A DNA stretch of 64,000 nucleotides from contig JAFGMM010000257.1 in NCBI GenBank assembly GCA_016927535.1, positions 1,761-65,760 on the forward strand, written 5' to 3'. Below are positions 52,243 to 58,870 of this stretch, in pieces. Under the pieces are notes generated by a model that saw only the letters and a list, made by a program, of their open reading frames with translations, ran no database searches and was not told the origin of the DNA. This DNA comes from Anaerolineae bacterium (GTDB taxonomy: Bacteria; Chloroflexota; Anaerolineae; Aggregatilineales; JAFGMM01). Within the stretch, counting starts at the first letter, position 1, and each line of letters starts with the position of its first letter. The position numbers and the translations under genes were made by a program.

Positions 52243-52680
52243 CTACTTCCACTCCCAGACCGCGTCCCCCGCCAGGATGCGACGGATCTGTTCTGGAAAG
52301 CGATCTGGGTCGAGCGGCTTGCCGAGAAACCCGTCAAAGCCGGCTTTCGTGGCTTTTCGCATTTGCTCCTCGCTGGCCTCGGCGGTCACGGCGACCACGA
52401 GGGTATCCTTGAGGCGTGGGCTGGCGCGCACCTTCTGCAAAGCCTGGTAGCCGTCTTCATAGGGCAGCCGGATGTCCATCAAGATCAGGTCAATCCGGGG
52501 CAGCGTATCGGCAAACTGCACCACCTGCCACCCAGACGTCTTCCACTCACAGCGCTGCACCCCCATAAAAGCCAGCATACGCGCGATCAGCACAAAGTTT
52601 GGCACATTGTCCTCGACCACCAGCACATGAGCTTCGCTGGGATCGACTGGCTCGCGCTTAAGTCGGGTCTCCTCAGCCAT
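52243..52680 (-). CDS. Single-domain CheY-like response regulator
   Basis: VVED, LILMDIRLP, AVTA and GKP receiver signature. There is no output domain. The start overlaps the upstream stop (TAATG). Confidence 0.9.
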   Translation of the reverse strand: MAEETRLKREPVDPSEAHVLVVEDNVPNFVLIARMLAFMGVQRCEWKTSGWQVVQFADTLPRIDLILMDIRLPYEDGYQALQKVRASPRLKDTLVVAVTAEASEEQMRKATKAGFDGFLGKPLDPDRFPEQIRRILAGDAVWEWK

Positions 52681-53057
52681 TAGCCTCTACTCCTCAAGTG
52701 TTTTTTAATTTCGCGAGGTAGTACATCGATATCAATCGGCTTACCTATGAAGCCATTGCACCCGGCAGCCCGCGCCTTTTCAATATCTTCTTTCATTACA
52801 TTCGCCGTCAGAGCAATAATCGGCACATCTTTAAGCGAATCAATCGCGCGCAGGTGCCGGGTCGCCGTCAGGCCGTCCATGGAGGGCAGTTGGAGGTCCA
52901 TCAAAATCAGGTCGGGTTTTTCGCGCATCGCCAGATCGATCCCGATCATGGCATCTTCCGCCTCAACGACTTCGATATCCTCTGCCAGCAACACTCTCTG
53001 CACAAGCATACGATTGGCGGGATTATCCTCTATATATAGAATACGTGGTGAACTCAT
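52680..53057 (-). CDS. Single-domain CheY-like response regulator (first gene of the array)
   Basis: YIEDN, LILMDLQLP, ALTA and GKP receiver signature. Length is 125 aa. Confidence 0.9.
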   Translation of the reverse strand: MSSPRILYIEDNPANRMLVQRVLLAEDIEVVEAEDAMIGIDLAMREKPDLILMDLQLPSMDGLTATRHLRAIDSLKDVPIIALTANVMKEDIEKARAAGCNGFIGKPIDIDVLPREIKKHLRSRG

Positions 53058-53180
53058 GTATCTTACTCCTTCACCTACAATAAGAAGGTTCTATCGGCCT
53101 GTGCGGACCGCGCTGCCTGCCGTTCAGAGTTTAGCATAAAAAACCTCTCGGTTCGGTTAAGGTTTTGTAACATTAAAAAT

Positions 53181-53210
53181 ATTATAAACACGTTAACCCA
53201 TCATTTCTAA
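53181..53210 (-). promoter_or_regulatory. Candidate promoter for the 44-kb sensor array
   Basis: On the minus strand: TTAGAA (53210-53205), an 18-nt spacer, then TATAAT (53186-53181). It lies ~125 nt upstream of the first RR start, in a locally AT-rich spacer. The -35 match is weak. Confidence 0.25.
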
Positions 53211-53229
53211 ATGGTTCACACCTACACCG

Positions 53230-53258
53230 TTGGAGGGTTGCGAACGATGTGTTACAAT
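53230..53258 (+). promoter_or_regulatory. Candidate promoter for the PIG-L deacetylase gene
   Basis: TTGGAG (53230-53235), a 17-nt spacer, then TACAAT (53253-53258). It lies ~135 nt upstream of the ATG at 53393. Confidence 0.25.
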
Positions 53259-53392
53259 GCGCCGTCGTGCATCTAAGGACAATTTTTCAAATCATACGAA
53301 TCATATGCGAAAAGCCGATTCCGTGCAATCAACCCCACCTTAATTCATTGTCAAGATTATAAACGGAATCAAGCTTTCCGACAGTCATACAA

Positions 53393-54235
53393 ATGGACTA
53401 TACCATGAGCGAAACGCCTGCATCCTATATCCCTAAACGTGTCCTGGCCGTCGTCGCCCACCCAGACGATATCGAGTTCAGCTTCGCCGGCACCATCGCC
53501 AAGTGGACCCAAGCCGGGGCCACGGCCTGCTACGTGCTCTGCACCGATGGCGACGCCGGCTTCACCCAGCCCGGCATCACCCGCCGGCAGGCCGCCGAAA
53601 TCCGCCGCATCGAACAAACCGCCGCCGCCAAAGTCTTAGGCGTCCGGGAAGTCGTTTTCCTCGGCTACCCCGATGGTTTGTTGGTCAACAACCTGGAACT
53701 GCGTAAACACCTGGTCCGCCAGATCCGCCGCTTCAAACCCGACACGCTCGTCACTCTGCATCCCACCGTCGTCTTCGTCGGCGATGGCTACATTAACCAC
53801 CCGGATCACCGCGCCTGCGGTCAAGCAGCGCTCGACGCTACCTTCCCCGCCGCTGCCATGCGTCTAGTCTTCCCTGAACTGGAAGGCGAGGGCCTGGAGC
53901 CGCACCGCGTCCGGCACGTCTACGTCTCCACCTGGCACGAAGCCAACACCTATATTGATATCACCGACACCATCGACTTGAAAATCTGCGCGTTGAAGGA
54001 GCATAAAAGCCAGGTCAACCGCCACGACATCGGCGAGCGCCTGCGCCAGTGGGCCGCCGAGCGCGGCAAAGCGGTCGGGTTGACCTACGCCGAGAGCTTC
54101 CGCTACATCGCGCTGCCGGCCGGCGAGGCCGAAAAACACGCCCCGCCCGAAGAAGAATTGGAAGAAGAACCTTGCGAAGAAGTACCTGGACCTGAAGCCG
54201 GCCCTGCCGTCATACGGATAGCCGGTAGCAATTAG
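53393..54235 (+). CDS. PIG-L/LmbE-family N-acetylglucosaminyl deacetylase
   Basis: VVAHPDDIEF and INHPDHRA metal-binding motifs, with an acidic C-terminal tail. Confidence 0.85.
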   Translation: MDYTMSETPASYIPKRVLAVVAHPDDIEFSFAGTIAKWTQAGATACYVLCTDGDAGFTQPGITRRQAAEIRRIEQTAAAKVLGVREVVFLGYPDGLLVNNLELRKHLVRQIRRFKPDTLVTLHPTVVFVGDGYINHPDHRACGQAALDATFPAAAMRLVFPELEGEGLEPHRVRHVYVSTWHEANTYIDITDTIDLKICALKEHKSQVNRHDIGERLRQWAAERGKAVGLTYAESFRYIALPAGEAEKHAPPEEELEEEPCEEVPGPEAGPAVIRIAGSN

Positions 54236-54309
54236 CGGTTAGCTTGTAGCGACTAGCTTTTAGCGGTTAGGGGTTGGCAAAAAGCTAACCACCAACTGCG
54301 GTCAGCCTC

Positions 54310-55170
54310 TCACCCCAACGCCAGCGCCGCCACGCCAAAAATCGCCGCCGGCTCGTCCTGCGGCGGCGCGGCATCGCCCCAGATCATGCGCGTATTAAAG
54401 CGGACCACGCGCAGCGCGCGGTCCGCCAGAATCGATGTCGCCGCCGGGTTGCGGTCCGGTAGATCCAACGACACCACCTGCCCGCGCACCGCGCCCAGCG
54501 CCGTATTCAGCAAAATCGTCGCACCCCACGGCGAATCGTGCAGCCACGGCCCAATCGACACCCGCTCGCCCATGCGCCGCGCCAGGATGTAGCCGTGCAC
54601 CCGCCCGCCGGCGTCCCGGTCGATCCAACCCAGCCGGGGAAACTCGGCCTGTAAGCGCAGCAGCACCTTTCCCCTAGACACGCCGAACCGCGCCTCGTCG
54701 AACCCAATCACCGCGCCCATATCCGCCGCCTCAATGCGACGGAACCGCCGCCCGAAGAACTCGGTCGCCGGCCCCTCCCAACGCTGCACCCGGTGCAGCG
54801 CCCGGAATCCCAGCCGTTCGTACAGCGGTCGCCCCATCTCCGAGGCGTCGAGCATCACACGCTGCACCCGTTCGGCGCGCAAATGCCCCAGACATGTTTC
54901 CATCAGAGCTGATGCGACTCCCTTGCGCCGGTGGTCGATATCGACCAGCATCATCCCGATCCACGCCAACGCCTGCCCGTAAAGCACCGAGGTCACCGTG
55001 CCGACGAGCGCGCCGGCGCGCGCCGCACAAAAACAACTCGACGGCCCCAGGTCGATCAGGCGGCGCCACTCCGGTTCGCCGTGCGGCCAGCCCTGTCGCT
55101 GCGTAAACGCCGCCAACGCCGGCGCATCGTCAGGCGTTAGCCGGCGGATCTCCCAATTCTGCTTGGTCAT
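54310..55170 (-). CDS. GNAT-family N-acetyltransferase (two-lobed, ~286 aa)
   Basis: Acetyl-CoA motif HRRKGVASALM followed by PLYERLGF. The start was moved to MTKQNWEIRRL (ATG at 55170). Confidence 0.8.
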   Translation of the reverse strand: MTKQNWEIRRLTPDDAPALAAFTQRQGWPHGEPEWRRLIDLGPSSCFCAARAGALVGTVTSVLYGQALAWIGMMLVDIDHRRKGVASALMETCLGHLRAERVQRVMLDASEMGRPLYERLGFRALHRVQRWEGPATEFFGRRFRRIEAADMGAVIGFDEARFGVSRGKVLLRLQAEFPRLGWIDRDAGGRVHGYILARRMGERVSIGPWLHDSPWGATILLNTALGAVRGQVVSLDLPDRNPAATSILADRALRVVRFNTRMIWGDAAPPQDEPAAIFGVAALALG

Positions 55171-55253
55171 CTGTCGCCATCCCCCGCAAGCTGTGACACA
55201 CCCACGCCGAACAGTCTGCCCCCGCGTCGCCGAGAAAGGGAGCAAGTTTTTTT

Positions 55254-55336
55254 ACCACAGCGACACAGAGGGCGCGGAGAAAAGAAGAAAGCGGAGAGAG
55301 ATGTGGAAAGCTCTGTGATCTCTGTGTCTCTGTGGT
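55254..55336. repeat. Miniature palindromic element (ACCACAGMGACACAGAG arms)
   Basis: Left arm ACCACAGCGACACAGAG (55254-55270). The right arm CTCTGTGTCTCTGTGGT (55320-55336) is its reverse complement with 1 mismatch. The spacer is 49 nt. Confidence 0.6.
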
Positions 55337-55359
55337 GAACGCTCTTCCCCAGAATGCGT

Positions 55360-56814
55360 CTACGGTTTGCGCAAAAACGCCAGGTAAATGATCCCGCCCA
55401 GCACCGTCATCGCCAGCATCGCGCCCGCCGCGCCCAGCGTCGCCAAGCCCAGACGTCGCACCGTCGGCGCCGGCAGCCCGGTTCGCGGCGCAGCGCTTGC
55501 CGCCAACTCATCACCCGCGCCCGCCGTCAACGACACCGCGCCGTGCTCCACCCGGACCGTCTGGCCGGCCGGCACCGCCAGCCGCACATTGGCCGGCGAA
55601 ACCGACGCCAGGTCCGGGCCGGCGAACGACAGATCATAGTTATCTGGCGCCAGCCCCATAAAACAGTACGGCTCGTTGGGGCTGATTCCCGTCGTCGTAT
55701 AACTCACCGGGCTGACCGGTCCGCTCAGTGTAATCCGCGCGCCGGCCAGCAGCCCTTCGCCGGGATCGCGCGAGCCGTTACGGTTGCGGTCATCGAAAAC
55801 CAGAACACACAAGTTGCCGGTCGCCGCCTCCGCGCCCGCCGCCGCGATAGCCTCCGGCGGCACGGTAGGCAGGGCCGGCGCATCCGGCGAAGGCGGCGCG
55901 CCGCCTTCGCCGCCCGCGTTACCTTCTTCGCCTTCACCCTCGCCCTCGCCTTCACCGCCGCCCGCGCCCTCTGCCGGGATAACGAGCAGTTCCTGCCCGG
56001 TGTAAATAATGTTGCTGGTCAGCCCGTTAAGCTCTTTAATCTGCTGGATCGTCACGCCGTAAGTCCCTGCGATCAGGTTGAGGTACTGGTTCGGCTGCAC
56101 CACGTGCACCACCGACCCATCGGCGCGCGGCGGCGCCTTCTCGATGGAGACGTTCTGCACCGGCGGCGACGTAGGCGCCGCCGCGCCGCCGCTCGTGCTG
56201 CCCTGTCCGGCCACCACCAGGGAGGCATTATCGAAGAAGGTCGTATTCTCGGCGTTGCAGTAAAACGGGCGCGAATAGAGAAACACCGTCACCGAGCTGT
56301 TCTGCGCAGTGGCGTCCACCGAGAACAACTGGTAGCCGCCGGTTGCGCTGATCGTCCCGGACCACACCACCGTCCCGGCCTGCGGGTTCGAGCCGCCCGT
56401 CGGATCGATGCCGATCTTCATCTCGACGCCCGCGTTCGGGTTCGATACGGTCGTCCCCACCGTGTCGCCCGAAACGATGCGCCCGTAAGCCGTAAAGCGA
56501 AGGTTGTTTCCCGGCGTCACATTCACCGTCTGGCGCAGGCCGGCCGTGTAAGTATGCCAGTTGATGAAGAACATCGCCGCCGCGCTGCCCTCTTGCGCCT
56601 GCGCGCCGTGCGAATAGACCGGCTTATAATTGTTGCAATCGCTTGGCGCGTCGATGTACCAGGGCTGCCAGCCGTTCGGCACGCCGTTCCCATCAAACCC
56701 GCCCTCCATATTGCCGTTCGCCAGCAGGTTCGTCTGGGCCAACGCCGGCATCACCACCAGTAAGGCCAGCACGGTCAAGACCATGACCACGCTCTTGCTT
56801 TTCAGATTGCCCAT
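55360..56814 (-). CDS. Secreted, C-terminally anchored CBM-like / LysM / SdrD-B-like protein (484 aa)
   Basis: Signal peptide ending ALAQ. The jelly-roll CBM4_9-like start is NLLANGNMEGG. The LysM segment is HVVQPNQYLNLIAGTYGVTIQQIKELNGL. A G/E-rich linker follows. The FDDRNRNGSRD motif marks an SdrD B-like domain. There is a C-terminal TM helix. Confidence 0.8.
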   Translation of the reverse strand: MGNLKSKSVVMVLTVLALLVVMPALAQTNLLANGNMEGGFDGNGVPNGWQPWYIDAPSDCNNYKPVYSHGAQAQEGSAAAMFFINWHTYTAGLRQTVNVTPGNNLRFTAYGRIVSGDTVGTTVSNPNAGVEMKIGIDPTGGSNPQAGTVVWSGTISATGGYQLFSVDATAQNSSVTVFLYSRPFYCNAENTTFFDNASLVVAGQGSTSGGAAAPTSPPVQNVSIEKAPPRADGSVVHVVQPNQYLNLIAGTYGVTIQQIKELNGLTSNIIYTGQELLVIPAEGAGGGEGEGEGEGEEGNAGGEGGAPPSPDAPALPTVPPEAIAAAGAEAATGNLCVLVFDDRNRNGSRDPGEGLLAGARITLSGPVSPVSYTTTGISPNEPYCFMGLAPDNYDLSFAGPDLASVSPANVRLAVPAGQTVRVEHGAVSLTAGAGDELAASAAPRTGLPAPTVRRLGLATLGAAGAMLAMTVLGGIIYLAFLRKP

Positions 56815-56874
56815 ATCTCGGTTTCCTGTCTTCTTTTTCCGTCATTCACAACACGACTAAAGCGGGAAAGAGGC

Positions 56875-56953
56875 TTAACCACGAATACGCACCAATCGAC
56901 ACAAATTAAAGAAAAAGCTCTCGTTCGTGCTTATTCGTGCTATTCGCGGTTAA
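56875..56953. repeat. Miniature palindromic element (TTAACCACGAATA arms)
   Basis: TTAACCACGAATA (56875-56887) faces TATTCGCGGTTAA (56941-56953), a reverse complement with 1 mismatch. A related copy lies at 60864-60950. Confidence 0.6.
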
Positions 56954-56966
56954 AAATCTTTCTCTC

Positions 56967-58652
56967 TCACCGGCTGCGCACCAACCGCCACATCACCCAG
57001 AACATGACGGCTACCACGCAAAGCCCCAGCACAATCAACCCAGCCCAGCGCGAAAGGAAGTCGCCGAAGCCACCGGTTGCCGGCGCGCCCGTCACGTCGG
57101 GAGCTACCGCATCGGCGGCGCCTTGTTCTGCGCTCGCGCCGACATCGCCGCCTGCACTCGCCGCCGCCACACCGCGCGCCGCGCCGAACGCTACGTTATG
57201 TTCTGCGCCTGCCGTCACGTTCACAGCCAACTGCGGCGACCGCGTAAAGCCGTAGCCTTCCGGCGCCGTCGCCGACACGGTATACATCCCCGGCGCAAGC
57301 TGGCCGAAGCAGCGCGGCGGGCCGCCGTCCGGCGTGTAGCGGCCGGCAGATTGTCCATCTCTTAACAAGACTATCTCGCCGCCGCTTAGCATCACCTCGT
57401 CCGAATCGTGCATACCGTTCTCGTTGGCGTCCTCGAACAGCGAGGTACAGATCATACCCGTAGTCGGCATAGGCGTCGGCGTCGCTGCCGGACTGAGCGG
57501 CGGTGCACTGCCGCCGTCCCCGGCCCTATCGCTGGCCTGGCCCGGCTCAGACGGCGGCGCTGCGTCGCCGGTAACAACGGGACCATCAGCCCCGGCGCCG
57601 GTATCAATAACCGCCGCGCCGGTCTCACCGGCCGCCGACGCTTCACCCTCGCCCGCACCCTCAGCCTCGTCCGTGCCCGCGCCCTCCACCTCGCCGATGT
57701 AGAGTTGGTCGCCGGCGCGGATGATGCGGCAGCCCGGCGGAAGCTGCGGATTCTGCGCGCACAGCGTCGTCGCGTCGGGCAAGCCATAGGCATACGCGAT
57801 GCCGCCCAATGTCTCGCCGCTGCGCACCGTATGGATGATTTTTCCATCCGCCTGTGGCTCATAGGTCGCGACTTCCGCCACCCCGACCCAGTTCGAGGCC
57901 GGCGCAGCGCCGCCGCCCGTTGATCCATCGGTCGTCCGCAGCACCGCCGCATCCCAGTAAGCATCCTGATTCTCGGCGGGCCAGTCCTGCGTAGCATACA
58001 GGAACACGGTCACTTTATCCGCCGCCGCCGTCGCCGTCACGCGGAACTGGATGTACTGGTCCAGCGCGGAAGTCTCGCCGGACCAGACGATGTTACCGCT
58101 CATCGGGTCGGTGCCGCCATACGGGTCGATGCCGATCTTTAGATGAATACCCTGCGCGTTGCTGGTAGACCACACGCGCGGCGGCAGCCCCGAACGCGGC
58201 TCGTTGCAATCGGCGAACTTCACGCACGACCACGCCTGCCCCCAGGCCGTGAACTCCAGCGGCGTCCCCGCCGCGACGCTCACCGTCTGGTAAGCGCCGG
58301 CGATAAACGTCGCGTAGCCTTTGAAGTAGCGCATCGCGCGGTTGCCATCTTTGACGCGCTCGGTGTAGCCGGAGGACGCCTCAGATGTGCTCCATTCCGG
58401 GCGAACGTTCGCCCAATCATAAGCGCCGCCGCCCTGGACCCACCAGGCCCGCCAGCCGCTCGGCATTTGAAGCTGCGGGATGCCATCTTGAGCAGAATAC
58501 TGGCCCTCCATGCTGCCGTTGGTCAGCAGATTATCCTGCGCCGACGCCGGCGGCGTCGCCATACCCAGCGCAGCCGCTGCCAGCCAGAAGGCGACAAAGC
58601 CGGACACCAAAAAGCGACTGTATAATTTTTCGGTTCTTTGCTTGCTGTGCAT
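56967..58652 (-). CDS. Secreted, C-terminally anchored CBM-like / LysM / SdrD-B-like protein (561 aa), paralog of 55360..56814
   Basis: Same order of modules: signal peptide, NLLTNGSMEGQ jelly roll, LysM (HTVRSGETLGGIAYAYGL), acidic/Gly linker, FEDANENGMHD motif and a C-terminal TM helix. Confidence 0.8.
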   Translation of the reverse strand: MHSKQRTEKLYSRFLVSGFVAFWLAAAALGMATPPASAQDNLLTNGSMEGQYSAQDGIPQLQMPSGWRAWWVQGGGAYDWANVRPEWSTSEASSGYTERVKDGNRAMRYFKGYATFIAGAYQTVSVAAGTPLEFTAWGQAWSCVKFADCNEPRSGLPPRVWSTSNAQGIHLKIGIDPYGGTDPMSGNIVWSGETSALDQYIQFRVTATAAADKVTVFLYATQDWPAENQDAYWDAAVLRTTDGSTGGGAAPASNWVGVAEVATYEPQADGKIIHTVRSGETLGGIAYAYGLPDATTLCAQNPQLPPGCRIIRAGDQLYIGEVEGAGTDEAEGAGEGEASAAGETGAAVIDTGAGADGPVVTGDAAPPSEPGQASDRAGDGGSAPPLSPAATPTPMPTTGMICTSLFEDANENGMHDSDEVMLSGGEIVLLRDGQSAGRYTPDGGPPRCFGQLAPGMYTVSATAPEGYGFTRSPQLAVNVTAGAEHNVAFGAARGVAAASAGGDVGASAEQGAADAVAPDVTGAPATGGFGDFLSRWAGLIVLGLCVVAVMFWVMWRLVRSR

Positions 58653-58696
58653 GAATCTCCCCTTGCAAAACCTGGTAGTGGTAAACTTTTAACTGA

Positions 58697-58808
58697 TACC
58701 TCACCCCCCGCCCCCCTCTCCATTGCATGGAGAGGGGGAGAAGACCGCGATCCGACGCTTCTGATCCCCCCTCTCCACGGTGTGGAGAGGGGGTAAGGGG
58801 GTGAGGTA
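58697..58808. repeat. 112-nt composite palindromic element with two internal CCCCTCTCC hairpins
   Basis: Terminal inverted repeats are TACCTCACCCCC (58697-58708) and GGGGGTGAGGTA (58797-58808). The two inner 12-bp hairpins pair 58712-58723 with 58727-58738, and 58766-58778 with 58782-58793. Confidence 0.7.
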
Positions 58809-58870
58809 AACCAAGTCATCAGTCAACATGTCGCCACTACCCAAAATCTCAGGTATGGCCCGCCATACCC

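Noticed and set aside
53165-53188. TTGTAA / TATAAA pair as a plus-strand promoter
   Set aside because: The spacer is only 12 nt, which is incompatible with a sigma70-type promoter. Other candidates with 17-18 nt spacing are reported instead, at low confidence.
55354-56763. 469-aa plus-strand ORF opposite the LysM-protein gene. Similar ORFs at 59903-60760 and 59273-59791 lie opposite the GT39 gene.
   Set aside because: They are extremely Arg/His/Gln-rich and lack motifs. The opposite strand encodes proteins with a signal peptide, LysM and GT39 features.
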